DNA of 62,825 nt, filler included, from Candidatus Huberarchaeum crystalense (GCA_002790315.1; 10 parts of 10 records of this genome joined end to end with filler, not necessarily neighbours in it), one strand, 5' to 3'. Shown: positions 1 to 9,219, counted from the whole stretch's first letter. Numbers and translations are program-made. Notes: generated by a model not told the origin, from the letters alone.

Positions 1-68
1 TTGCTGTCCTTGCTTCTAACGGCACTCATTATCTCGCTTCTTTTCTTTTTGGAAACGGTGTCTGCCAT
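1..68 (-). CDS. vsr: Very-short-patch repair endonuclease Vsr, N-terminal fragment (runs off window edge)
   Basis: Hand translation MADTVSKKKRSEIMSAVRSKDS matches the Vsr N-terminus (D..S...RS..M..VRSKD). It lies directly downstream of an m5C R-M pair and is not in the ORF track. Confidence 0.8.
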   Translation of the reverse strand, partial: MADTVSKKKRSEIMSAVRSKDS

Positions 69-70
69 AA

Positions 71-823
71 TCAATTATTAAAAAGCTCGACGGGGTTAAT
101 TTTGAATTGCAACATTTTTGCCGAATCCCGTCCGGCGTCTCCGCCTTTTCTCTGCATTGTTATTTTTCCGATTTTCAAACTGCCTTGATTTGTAATTCTC
201 ACCGGGCCGTCGGCAAAAACATTCATGGCATGATTTATTGATTTCAAAATCCAACTGCTTTCGCCGTTGGCTACCAAAGCGACCAACATCCAACCCGCCG
301 AAAATTTACCCTTGCCTTTCAAAATATCGGAAACAACCAAAATTTTGTTTTTGGTGAAATAATCTATAATTTTTTGTTGATCGGTTTCGCTCATCTCGTT
401 TAAAAACATTCTTCGCTTGTCTTTCAATCCTGACTTTGTCGGTGCGATTTCACCCGTGAAAGTTTTCAAAATTTTGGTAATATCCGCCGGAATTTCCCAC
501 ATCTCAACATATTTATCTACCCACCTTTTATCTATTTGATTAAATCCTTGCGAGTTACTGACTAATTTTATAGACAAATTTTCGGCGGCAATGGCTTTTT
601 TGAGATAAATCGTTATCTGAACTTGGACATCGGTTTTATATCCGTGCAGTTTCATCGCTTCCACTTTTTCGATTTCTTTAATGGGATAACCCATTATCGC
701 CAACCATTTTTGAGCGTCCTCGTCTTTTTTCCAATCGTTAAACTTTCGGACTATATCGTCCTCGTTCCTAAATCCGCCCTTTGCGGTTTCCGAACCCCAT
801 TTTGTCAAATCTTTTTTATTCAT
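71..823 (-). CDS. Type II restriction endonuclease, R.HinP1I family (predicted GCGC)
   Basis: Motifs GSETAKGGFRNE, KLVSN..GFNQIDKRW, KDKRRMF and QRKGGD.GR..A.MLQFKINP follow the R.HinP1I sequence as I recall it. Confidence 0.85.
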   Translation of the reverse strand: MNKKDLTKWGSETAKGGFRNEDDIVRKFNDWKKDEDAQKWLAIMGYPIKEIEKVEAMKLHGYKTDVQVQITIYLKKAIAAENLSIKLVSNSQGFNQIDKRWVDKYVEMWEIPADITKILKTFTGEIAPTKSGLKDKRRMFLNEMSETDQQKIIDYFTKNKILVVSDILKGKGKFSAGWMLVALVANGESSWILKSINHAMNVFADGPVRITNQGSLKIGKITMQRKGGDAGRDSAKMLQFKINPVELFNN

Positions 824-1814
824 AATGATTCATGTAATTAAGCAAACTTTTGCCAATCGCCTCAATCGTGCTGACTGTCATAGCGTTTCCGGCTTGACTT
901 AATAAATAAACATCGGCGATTTTGCCTTTTGTTTTTTCACTCAAATTTTTTGGAAACCCTTGCAAAAGCAACGATTCAAAACCTGACAATCGCCTAAATT
1001 TTCCATTTCTTACATACAAAACGCCATGCCTTCCCGTTCTTAAAGTCGGAACTTTGTTTCTGTATAATCTCAAATCCGACTGGCGAGTATCCAAAACTAA
1101 ATAATCCTCTTTGAGCAGTTTTTCAATTTTGAATAATCCTTTGTTGTATTTATTGTCTAGATATTTCAAAAATGTTTCGTAAGCCCTCTTTTTTTCGTTA
1201 AACTCCATTTCGCTGTCGTCAATCAAATATTCTTGAACATCGGGCGGAAAAACTGGTTTTGGCCATTCAAAACTATTTCCGTTCACGAGGTCTTTTCTAA
1301 TCCCGACAAAATAAATTCTTTCCCGCATTTGAGGCACGCCGTAATCCAAACTATTCAAAACTCGGTGATAAACTTTGTATCCCGCTTTGTCTAATTCTTC
1401 CAAAATTATTTTTAAGGTTTTTCCGCCATCGTGATTTACCAAACCTTTTACATTTTCCAAAATGAAATACGGCAAATTTTTTGCGTTCATTATTTTAATT
1501 AAGCCGTAAATAATTTGCCCTCGGTGATCATTCATTCCTTTTCTTTGTCCGATAACAGAAAACGACTGGCAAGGAAAACCGGCGATCATTAAATCAAAAT
1601 CCGGCAAATCAGCAGGATTGATTTTCATTAAATCCCCGTGATTTTTTTCCTCTTGCCCAAAAAATTCTCGGTATGTTCGCTCGGCGTATCTATCAATTTC
1701 AGAAAAACCAACGCAACTTAAACCAAGATTTTGAAGTCCAAGCCGTCCCGCGCCAATTCCGGCGCAGAAATCCACAAATTTTAAATTATTTTTTTGCACG
1801 GCGGTCATACTCAT
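816..1814 (-). CDS. DNA (cytosine-5)-methyltransferase, predicted GCGC-specific
   Basis: Motif I FCAGIGA, IV GFPCQSFS, VI ENV, VIII QMRERIY, X AGNAM. The TRD segment DTRQSDLRLY...PTLRTGRHG resembles the H. pylori GCGC MTase (M.Hpy99III type) from memory. Confidence 0.92.
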   Translation of the reverse strand: MSMTAVQKNNLKFVDFCAGIGAGRLGLQNLGLSCVGFSEIDRYAERTYREFFGQEEKNHGDLMKINPADLPDFDLMIAGFPCQSFSVIGQRKGMNDHRGQIIYGLIKIMNAKNLPYFILENVKGLVNHDGGKTLKIILEELDKAGYKVYHRVLNSLDYGVPQMRERIYFVGIRKDLVNGNSFEWPKPVFPPDVQEYLIDDSEMEFNEKKRAYETFLKYLDNKYNKGLFKIEKLLKEDYLVLDTRQSDLRLYRNKVPTLRTGRHGVLYVRNGKFRRLSGFESLLLQGFPKNLSEKTKGKIADVYLLSQAGNAMTVSTIEAIGKSLLNYMNHYE

Positions 1815-2005
1815 TTTATTAAATCCTCAATCGGAACATTTAATGCTTTTGCGATTTTTTTGATTGTATCAACAGTCGGGTTTTGTTGTTTGCCCGCTTC
1901 AATATTGATTATCGTATTATTAGAAACATCGGCAAGCCGGGCCAGTTTTTCCTGCGACAAGCGCAGTTTCTCTCTTAATCGTTTGATTTTGCTTGACTCT
2001 ACCAT
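1811..2005 (-). CDS. XRE-family HTH regulator (controller/C-protein-like)
   Basis: IKRLREKLRLSQEKLARLADVSNNTIINIEAGKQQNPTVDTIKKIAKAL is an HTH_3 pattern; ATGA overlap with the MTase. Confidence 0.85.
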   Translation of the reverse strand: MVESSKIKRLREKLRLSQEKLARLADVSNNTIINIEAGKQQNPTVDTIKKIAKALNVPIEDLIK

Positions 2006-2014
2006 ATTTGAATA

Positions 2015-2077
2015 GTAATATTAAATTGTGGTATAATTGATTTATGTTTAAACTTCTAAACCACAATATAATATTAC
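2015..2077. promoter_or_regulatory. 18-bp inverted repeat upstream of the xre gene, overlapping a bacterial extended -10 element
   Basis: gtaatattaaattgtggt (2015-2032) and accacaatataatattac (2060-2077) differ by 1 mismatch; TGGTATAAT on + at 2029-2037. Confidence 0.5.
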
Positions 2078-2190
2078 CAAAATATTTGGAAATAGTAAAG
2101 AAAAAAGGGAGTTCCTTTGTTTTTTCCGCGTCGGGAGGGTGGGACAAGGAAAAGAAAGTAAAAGCCGCCGAAAAAATTTTGCGAAGCCCA

Positions 2191-2290
2191 NNNNNNNNNN
2201 NNNNNNNNNNNNNNNNNNNNNNNNNNNNNNNNNNTTAATTAATTAANNNNNNNNNNNNNNNNNNNNNNNNNNNNNNNNNNNNNNNNNNNN
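2191..2290. other. Artificial contig linker (also at 32442-32541, 35178-35277, 38025-38124, 44942-45041, 46369-46468, 53159-53258, 59816-59915, 61143-61242)
   Basis: Identical 100-nt N-run/TTAATTAATTAA/N-run units with stops in all six frames; genes are truncated at their edges. Confidence 0.97.
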
Positions 2291-2576
2291 AAACTTTATA
2301 AATCTCCTGCCTTACAGGGGATTTAATACAGAAAAGTAAAAACTCTTCTATAATGTCTTTTAGCAAGGTAGTTTAAAAAGGGTTGCACTCTGTAGAAGCA
2401 TATGACTTTTGGGTATAAAAACCCTAAAAACAAGCATTTTTAATAAATTATAAATAACATAAATTATATTTAAAAATCTCTATTTTGCGCGCATTTTATA
2501 CATCATTAATCTCCCTTTAATTTTAAAAAGTTTTAAAATGCGCGATTTTGTTAGTTCTTTTTATTTTTACTTTAAA

Positions 2577-4193
2577 TCAGCTGCTCCACAGCATAATTGC
2601 CAACACCATAAAAATTAGCGCAATAGTTATAACAAAGGGCAAAACAAATTTCAAAAATCCCGCGGCAATGGCAGTATTTGGCAAAAGTTCATAACCATCT
2701 CCTCCAAGTAGCTTTGTGATTCGTTCAACTTTGCCATAGCTTGCTGTTACATACTCTGCGCCTGCTTTTGCTTCTTTGATTAGGCGCGAAATTTCATAGA
2801 TATGCTCTGGCAACACTTCAAACATATATTTTCCATTGTTGCGTTGATGATTGTCAGTACTGCAAGCAATAATTTTGCATTTAAATGTTTTTTCAAGTGA
2901 TTGTAAAAGCTGCCGTCCATCAAGGTTGTTTGAATCAAATAAAATAAAAACCATTTTTTTCCCAACATCAAGATACGCAACCCTAATATCACACCCCCCA
3001 ACAATACCTTGCGATGTTCCTAGAATTATATATTCTTGCTCTATCTTTGCTAATTTGGTTTTTAAAGATGTTGCTTCTTCAATAAGATTCAGACTCTGCA
3101 ATGAACTTGCATACATAACACTAAAGTCTGAATCAATACTAGAACTGTGCATATCTACAAATATGTCACTGCTCGCTAAACCAACACCTATATCTATATC
3201 TCCGTTGCCGTCTGCAAAAGCTAATGTCTTTCCGCCAATGTTCAACAAGCATATGCGATCTCCAATTACTGCTTTTGCTTTTTCACCAACTTGCTCGAGT
3301 GAAGCTGATTTAATATCACCAACCAATTTCATTACATCTTCATTTTTTACAATATCTAAATCGTGCGTGCAAGGACCGTGAAAAGTCAATGAATTTTCAA
3401 TATTATCATGAAAAATTTTTGGCATATTTGAGCTTCCAATATTTCCTATTGGCCCCGGATGAACATATGGTACTAAAAAAGTTGCTTTGTGTTGTCCCTT
3501 TTTTTGATCTTTCCATGTGTCAAATGACAACACATGAACCATTGCTTTTCCATCTTTTGATAGTTTAAGCAAAGATTTTTCTGATTTTGTGCTGCCTGTA
3601 AACCAGTCAGTAAAAAACGCAACCAACAACTCAAATAAATCCACTTTTGCAAAAACCTTGAACGGCTCTGAAATTGAATAAATAACAAAAATCACAAGCA
3701 GCGAAAACAAAAAACTCATTGCTATAATCTTTCTTCCAAGATTAGTGTCAGATGGATGCGAATAAAACAGAAAAAAAATCGCCACAATAATAAACAAACG
3801 GATGCTGCTTTTTACCAAAGCACGACCTATTGAATTTCCCAAAGTTCGCAAAAAGAACACCCTAATACCAAAACTTAAAGAAAGCCCAATCGCCAAAGCA
3901 TAAAACTCCAAGTGAAATATAAGCCCTATTGCATAAAATCCACATTCTACAACATTTGAAAGGAGATTAATAAACTCAGATTGCTGAAATGAGAGATTTT
4001 TATCTCTAACTAAAAAAGTTGAAGCAAGCGAAGATATTCCAAACAGCACAAAGAACCAAACATTGTTAAAAATTATAGAAAAAATCAAAGGTAAAATAAG
4101 ATTAACATAAAACAGCAAACCTTGTTTTGATGATTTTTGTATTAAAGGAGCTGATTTATCTAAATATTTAGTCAAAGCAATTGGGTCTGCCAT
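2577..4193 (-). CDS. DUF2070-family archaeal membrane protein
   Basis: N-terminal TM helices; PYVHPGPIGNIGSSNMP, HGPCTHDLD, DMHS, DSNN and TDNH motifs; C-terminal TM helix. Confidence 0.75.
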   Translation of the reverse strand: MADPIALTKYLDKSAPLIQKSSKQGLLFYVNLILPLIFSIIFNNVWFFVLFGISSLASTFLVRDKNLSFQQSEFINLLSNVVECGFYAIGLIFHLEFYALAIGLSLSFGIRVFFLRTLGNSIGRALVKSSIRLFIIVAIFFLFYSHPSDTNLGRKIIAMSFLFSLLVIFVIYSISEPFKVFAKVDLFELLVAFFTDWFTGSTKSEKSLLKLSKDGKAMVHVLSFDTWKDQKKGQHKATFLVPYVHPGPIGNIGSSNMPKIFHDNIENSLTFHGPCTHDLDIVKNEDVMKLVGDIKSASLEQVGEKAKAVIGDRICLLNIGGKTLAFADGNGDIDIGVGLASSDIFVDMHSSSIDSDFSVMYASSLQSLNLIEEATSLKTKLAKIEQEYIILGTSQGIVGGCDIRVAYLDVGKKMVFILFDSNNLDGRQLLQSLEKTFKCKIIACSTDNHQRNNGKYMFEVLPEHIYEISRLIKEAKAGAEYVTASYGKVERITKLLGGDGYELLPNTAIAAGFLKFVLPFVITIALIFMVLAIMLWSS

Positions 4194-4265
4194 ATTGATA
4201 CTCTACATCCTATTTTTGACCAAAGATATTAGGTCTGCCATAAAGTTTTTGTTTAGGGTTGTAAA

Positions 4266-4393
4266 TAACAACATTTATTAGATTTGCTATTTACTATAAT
4301 AGAATTATGCAAAGAGCATATTTTTAACAAAACATTTATTAGATTTGCTATTTACTATAATAGAATTATGTAGGGGGCATATTTTTAACAAAA
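4266..4393. repeat. ~61-bp tandem duplication containing the stop codon of the DHH gene
   Basis: acatttattagatttgctatttactataatagaattatg at 4271 and 4332, each followed by ...gcatatttttaacaaa. Confidence 0.9.
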
Positions 4394-5409
4394 TTTATAA
4401 ATTTTTGAAAGTATTTTACAGGAATAATCAAACCTGCTGCGCGCTCATGTCCTCCGCCGTTGCTGTCAGGAATTTGGCTTGCGATTTGCCGCATTAAATG
4501 GTTGCAGTCAAGCAATTTGGACCTGCACGAGATTTTTATCCTTTGATTTTTAAACTGCGACTTACTAACAACAAAAATAGTATTATCACTATACTTGTCT
4601 GCCATAAGATTTGAAATTATGCTCGAGCTGCAGAACTTTGAGTCAATTTGAACAAAAAGCACAACATCATTTAACTTTTCAATTTTTGATAGGCAAATCG
4701 CTTTTTTAAGATTTTTTTGAAATTCATCTGCTTGCTCTAAATATTCTGATGGCTTTGTTAGAAAATCCTCTGCTGAATTTTGCTCGAGTAAAAATTTAAT
4801 TAAACCACTACTTATTGCATTAAAATTAAAATTTTTTTTGTTAATCTCAACAACCCCAGTAATGACTTCAGACAATTTTAAAACAGAATCTTTGTCAAAT
4901 TTTTCAACAAAATTTTTGCAATCCTCATCATTTTTATCACCCATATCACCGATTATACCAACTGCTGCTATAAATGCTCTTTTTTTAATTGCTTCATATT
5001 GCTCAAACAATGAAAACACAACAAACGACGCGGGTTTATAAACTTCAGGATCATTTTCGCGCGGATTTATATAAAAAACATTGTTATCTCTAATGATTTT
5101 ATCAGAAATCATATGATGATCAATAATTAAAATTGGTTGTTTTTGGGGGTTTTCAATTTTTTGAGGTAAAACAGGCAAATCCACAAAAATGCTTGGAGAA
5201 AACACAACAACTGATTGAATTTCATCAATGCTTAAACACTGTAATTTCACATCTTGAATACTCAATTCTTTGGTTAAATATGCAAACATCAAAGCCGCAC
5301 TACAAAGCCCATCAGTGTCGCTGTGGTAAAATATGTGTGGTGAAAGTTTCAATTTATTAGTTTGTGATTGCTTTATTTGATCAAAAAAACAGTTAATGTC
5401 TGTTAGCAT
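4366..5409 (-). CDS. DHH/DHHA1 phosphoesterase (RecJ/NrnA-like)
   Basis: H.D.DG, VD, IDHH and GD motifs; C-terminal S.RS and GGGH.RAAG. Confidence 0.85.
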   Translation of the reverse strand: MLTDINCFFDQIKQSQTNKLKLSPHIFYHSDTDGLCSAALMFAYLTKELSIQDVKLQCLSIDEIQSVVVFSPSIFVDLPVLPQKIENPQKQPILIIDHHMISDKIIRDNNVFYINPRENDPEVYKPASFVVFSLFEQYEAIKKRAFIAAVGIIGDMGDKNDEDCKNFVEKFDKDSVLKLSEVITGVVEINKKNFNFNAISSGLIKFLLEQNSAEDFLTKPSEYLEQADEFQKNLKKAICLSKIEKLNDVVLFVQIDSKFCSSSIISNLMADKYSDNTIFVVSKSQFKNQRIKISCRSKLLDCNHLMRQIASQIPDSNGGGHERAAGLIIPVKYFQKFINFVKNMPPT

Positions 5410-5454
5410 AAGATTTTTGTAAAAGTTTAAGAATTAAAATATTGCTTGAAATGT

Positions 5455-5622
5455 ATTTTTTAAAATAATGGTCGAGTATATGCTTTTAGATAATGTTTGG
5501 TGTGTGTTTTTTAAAATAATGTTTAGGTATATGTTTTTAGATAATGTTTGGTGTGTGTTTTTTAAAATAATGGTCGAGTATATGCTTTTAGATAGTGTTT
5601 GATGTGTGTTTTTTAAATAATA
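5455..5622. repeat. ~52-bp imperfect tandem repeat (x3) 3' of tRNA-Trp
   Basis: The unit tttttaaaataatggtcgagtatatgcttttagataatgtttggtgtgtgt recurs at about 5456, 5507 and 5558. Confidence 0.88.
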
Positions 5623-5630
5623 TTTGGGAG

Positions 5631-5701
5631 TGGGGCTTAAGAGATTTGAACTCTTATGGGCCGGTCTGGAGCCGACTATGTTGCCGTTACATCAAAGCCC
5701 C
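5631..5701 (-). tRNA. tRNA-Trp(CCA), intronless
   Basis: Acceptor GGGGCTT/AAGCCCC-A; anticodon arm GTCGG-CTCCAGA-CCGGC; T arm AAGAG-TTCAAAT-CTCTT. Confidence 0.93.
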
Positions 5702-5742
5702 TTAATGTTTTTAAAATAGAAATTTTGCGTTGTAAAAAATAT

Positions 5743-6219
5743 ATGGTAATGGAACAAACACTTGTTTTAATCAAGCCTGATGCATTACAGCGCGCACTTG
5801 TTGGCGAAATAATTCATAGATTTGAGCAAAAAGGTCTAAAAATTGTTGGATTAAAAATGGTTCAAATAGATAAAAAATTGGCTGAAGAACATTACAAACA
5901 CATAAAAGAAAAACACGGCAATGTCTTTGAAAGATTGCAAAAAATGATTATAAGCGCACCTGTAATTGCGATGATTGTTGGTGGGGTTGATGTAGTTAAA
6001 ACAGTTCGATTAATTATTGGAACTACAAAAGCGCGCGGAGCAGAAGCAGGGACAATCCGCGGCGACTTGGCAATGAGCATACAAAACAATATAGTTCATG
6101 CGTCTGATTCACGAGAAAATGCAAAAATAGAGATTAACCGCTTTTTTAAACCTAAAGAAATATTTGATTGGAATTGGTCAATATGTAATTCAATCTATGC
6201 AAGCGAAGAGATAGCTTAA
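5743..6219 (+). CDS. ndk: Nucleoside diphosphate kinase
   Basis: EQTLVLIKPDA, GTIRGD, N.VHASDS. Start moved to the ATG at 5743 (or 5749) because the longer ORF overlaps tRNA-Trp. Confidence 0.96.
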   Translation: MVMEQTLVLIKPDALQRALVGEIIHRFEQKGLKIVGLKMVQIDKKLAEEHYKHIKEKHGNVFERLQKMIISAPVIAMIVGGVDVVKTVRLIIGTTKARGAEAGTIRGDLAMSIQNNIVHASDSRENAKIEINRFFKPKEIFDWNWSICNSIYASEEIA

Positions 6220-6286
6220 AAATTTACACTTAACATTTTATAATAAATATAATAACTTATTAACAAACAACAATCACAATAAAATT

Positions 6287-7156
6287 ATGGTTTTACTTGA
6301 AGTTTTTAATGTTAAAAAAGCTTACAATAATAAGATATATTTCGCTTTATATGTAGCAATTTTAATGATTGTATCGGCTTTGCTCTTAAAATATCTCTTT
6401 TTATATATTTATGGGGGCGATGTTACTCACAATTATTTTCTTTTGCTTGTGTGGGTTGGTATTTTTATGGCAATTATTCCAAAACTTTTTATAGAAGCAG
6501 AAGAGGTTTGTCCAATCAACTGGCATCCAATTCAAAAAAAATGGGTTGAGGGCTGCACTTTTATTGAACGGCACAAAGACATTCTTTTTATTTTTGTTAT
6601 ACTCTCAATCTTAATCACAATATTTTTCTTTACAATTTGCTATTTTAATGTGTTTGGGAGTAATTTTGGCGCGCCACAAAAGCAAGAAATTGAAAAAATT
6701 AAAGAGATTGCAACTTCTTTGTCTGGCTATGCAAAGAGCGACATTGGTGGTGGTTTTTGGGATAAATTTTCAATAATCTTTGCACAAAATACAAAAATAA
6801 GTATTTTATTTTTTCTATTATCAGTACTTGAAATGTTTGGCGCGCTCTTTTTATTAAGTTGGAATGCTTCTGTATTTGGCGTGTGGTTATCAGAAATCGC
6901 AAAGCAAGCATCTCAGCAAACAAACAATATAATCTTAATTTTAAGCACTTCGGCAACATCTTTTTTAGGGATTTTACCACACGCTATTTTTGAGTTTAGT
7001 GGGTTTTTTCTGGCTGCGATCGCAGGAGGAATTTTAGCAATAGGTATCCATTTATATAAAGATAATGCTCTCTTACTTCAGATTAAAGACAGTATTTTGG
7101 TTTTACTTGCAGGCCTGGTTTGCATACTTATAGGCGCAATTATTGAGGCATTATAA
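6287..7156 (+). CDS. SpoIIM/DUF95-family membrane protein
   Basis: Multiple TM helices; IF..N, WNA..FG, LPHAIFE..G..LA..AG and A.IE motifs. Confidence 0.75.
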   Translation: MVLLEVFNVKKAYNNKIYFALYVAILMIVSALLLKYLFLYIYGGDVTHNYFLLLVWVGIFMAIIPKLFIEAEEVCPINWHPIQKKWVEGCTFIERHKDILFIFVILSILITIFFFTICYFNVFGSNFGAPQKQEIEKIKEIATSLSGYAKSDIGGGFWDKFSIIFAQNTKISILFFLLSVLEMFGALFLLSWNASVFGVWLSEIAKQASQQTNNIILILSTSATSFLGILPHAIFEFSGFFLAAIAGGILAIGIHLYKDNALLLQIKDSILVLLAGLVCILIGAIIEAL

Positions 7157-7518
7157 TGATAACAGAAAGGAGTAAAGCAAAAATAAAAAAAATAGCACAA
7201 AATAAGCAAAAAGAAATAATTAAACAATTGCAAAAACAATCAATTGTCGAAGATTTGACAAATAAAGGATATACTTTAAAAGCAGGACTTAAATATGGTT
7301 GTGATTTTAGAATCTACGCAAAAGGAGTAGGGATAAAACAAGGAAAGAAAAAACAAGAAGAGCATAGTTTTGCTATATTAGATGTTGTTAAAGGCAAAGA
7401 CAGCATCAAAATTAAAGATCTTGTAGCAAAAGCTAGGGTTGCGCGCGCCACTAATATGAAATGGCTTATTAGTATTGACAAGAAAGAGTTGTTAGTAAAT
7501 GTTGGGTGGGTAGATTAA
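7156..7518 (+). CDS. endA: tRNA-splicing endonuclease, minimal catalytic-domain protein
   Basis: DL..KGY.LK.GLKYGCDFRIY, HS and RVA motifs of the catalytic C-terminal domain; only 120 aa. Confidence 0.8.
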   Translation: MITERSKAKIKKIAQNKQKEIIKQLQKQSIVEDLTNKGYTLKAGLKYGCDFRIYAKGVGIKQGKKKQEEHSFAILDVVKGKDSIKIKDLVAKARVARATNMKWLISIDKKELLVNVGWVD

Positions 7519-7545
7519 TTTAATCTATTTAAAAAGATTTTTGGA

Positions 7546-7701
7546 AGCAAAAACAAAAACAAGCTTATTGCCGAGTATGCATTAAAAGATATGGTTAAGC
7601 TGATTGGCGTTTCTGGATATAGAGTTGCAAAATCTGTTTCTGAGAAGTTAAAGACAATCTTGCCCTAAATTGAAGAACTTGAAAAAGAATTAATAAATTA
7701 G
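7546..7701 (+). pseudogene. Relic C-terminus of a YhcG/DUF1016 PD-(D/E)XK protein
   Basis: SKNKNKLIAEYALKDMVKLIGVSGYRVAKSVSEKLKTILP*IEELEKELIN* matches the family pattern EYAL....PIGVS.Y......LP.IEELE.EL; there is an internal stop and no start. Confidence 0.7.
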
Positions 7702-7793
7702 AAAAATATCTAATTAAAAATTTATGAACAAGAAGACAGCAGATTTTATTTTCTATGCAAGCGAAGGCTCAAAACAAAAGGGAGAAGCAAAAA

Positions 7794-9194
7794 ATGATTG
7801 ACTTGCCCAAAAAGCTCGCAGAATCTCAACTAAAAATAGGACTTGAAACTCACTTACCTTTAAAGACAAAATCCAAACTTTTTTGTTCTTGCTCAACAAA
7901 AAAAAGTGGCAGACCAAACACGCAAGTTTGCGAGGTTTGTTTAGGTCTTCCTGGATCAAAACCAACTTTAAACAACGCAGCAGTAAAAGCAGCAATAAAA
8001 CTTGGTTTGGCACTTGGATGCAAAATAAATTCACCTAGCTTTTTCTCAAGAAAGACCTATTTTTACCCAGACATGTCAAAAAATTTTCAAATAACCCAAT
8101 ATGAAATCCCAATTGCTGAAAATGGGTTTTTAATGTTAGGTGACAAAAAAATAAGAATAAAAAGAGTTCATATTGAAGAAGATCCTGCCAAGATTGTTCA
8201 TAAAGATAATTATTCTTTGATTGATTATAATCGTTCGGGTCGTCCTTTATTAGAAATTGTCACAGAACCAGATTTAAATTCTCCTAAAGAAGCGCGCGCA
8301 TACCTGCAAAAACTTTCGTTAATTGCAGAATATTTGCAGATTTTTGATCCTGCTGATGAAGCATCAATGAAGTCAGATGTTAATGTTTCAATATTTGGTG
8401 GAAGTCGTGTTGAAATTAAAAATATAAGTGGATTTAAAGACGCTGAAAAAGCAATTAATTTTGAGCAAATTCGCCAAAAGAATGTTTTATTAACAGGCAA
8501 AAAAGTAGTGCAAGAAACAAGGATGTATTCTCCTGTTGCTGGATCTACAACAACTGCGCGCATAAAAGAAACAGAATCAGGCTATGGATATATTTTTGAG
8601 CCTGATTTGCCTTATTTGGAGTTTTCTTTGCAAGAAATTGAGAGAGTAAGGAACTCTCTTGAAGAATTGCCTGACCAAAAAAAGCAAAAATTTGTGAAAC
8701 TTGGGCTAAATAAAGCGACAGCAGAATCTCTTGTTTCTGAAAAGGCACTATCAGAGCTTTTTGAAGAACTATCAAAAAAATTTGACAAAAATTTGGTTGC
8801 AACTTATTGTTTAATTTTACTTAAAACAACCAATTATAATGGAATAAAGGTAGAGCAAATAAATATTAATCCTGAATTTGCAAAAATTTTAGAGCAAGTA
8901 AACACAAATAAAATCAACAAACATGAAGCAGAGGAAATTATTCGTAAAATAGTTGAATTGAAAATTAAGAATAAAGCCCCAGCAAAAATTAATTGCTTGT
9001 TTGATGGGGAGTCTTGGGATTTTGATTTAAATGAGATTGTTGAAAAAGTGCGCGCACAAAACAAAGAAAAAGACCTTTCAGATCCAAAGATTTTGAATTT
9101 TTTAATAGGGCAGGTTTTAAGAGAAACAAAAGGAAAAGGCAATATTCAAAAAATTATCAAGATTTTGAAAAGAGCAAAAGGCAAAAACAAATAG
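7794..9194 (+). CDS. gatB: Asp/Glu-tRNA amidotransferase subunit B
   Basis: IGLETH, SKLFCSC, RKTYFYPD, IEED, DYNRSG.PL.EIVTEP, D.NVS, QETR. Start may instead be 7755. Confidence 0.95.
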   Translation: MIDLPKKLAESQLKIGLETHLPLKTKSKLFCSCSTKKSGRPNTQVCEVCLGLPGSKPTLNNAAVKAAIKLGLALGCKINSPSFFSRKTYFYPDMSKNFQITQYEIPIAENGFLMLGDKKIRIKRVHIEEDPAKIVHKDNYSLIDYNRSGRPLLEIVTEPDLNSPKEARAYLQKLSLIAEYLQIFDPADEASMKSDVNVSIFGGSRVEIKNISGFKDAEKAINFEQIRQKNVLLTGKKVVQETRMYSPVAGSTTTARIKETESGYGYIFEPDLPYLEFSLQEIERVRNSLEELPDQKKQKFVKLGLNKATAESLVSEKALSELFEELSKKFDKNLVATYCLILLKTTNYNGIKVEQININPEFAKILEQVNTNKINKHEAEEIIRKIVELKIKNKAPAKINCLFDGESWDFDLNEIVEKVRAQNKEKDLSDPKILNFLIGQVLRETKGKGNIQKIIKILKRAKGKNK

Positions 9195-9219
9195 ATAAAA
9201 ACAAACAAATAAGCAAAAA
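9189..9219 (+). repeat. 31-bp dispersed repeat, copy 1 (copy 2 inverted at 31514-31544)
   Basis: aaatagataaaaacaaacaaataagcaaaaa is identical at both loci. Confidence 0.7.

Noticed and set aside
5455-5622. Possible CRISPR array (also 23591-23728, 24418-24648, 13518-13719)
   Set aside because: The units are head-to-tail with no unique spacers, and there are no cas genes in the window.
5656-5742. N-terminal extension of Ndk in the ORF track
   Set aside because: It overlaps tRNA-Trp on the opposite strand; homology starts at MEQTLV.
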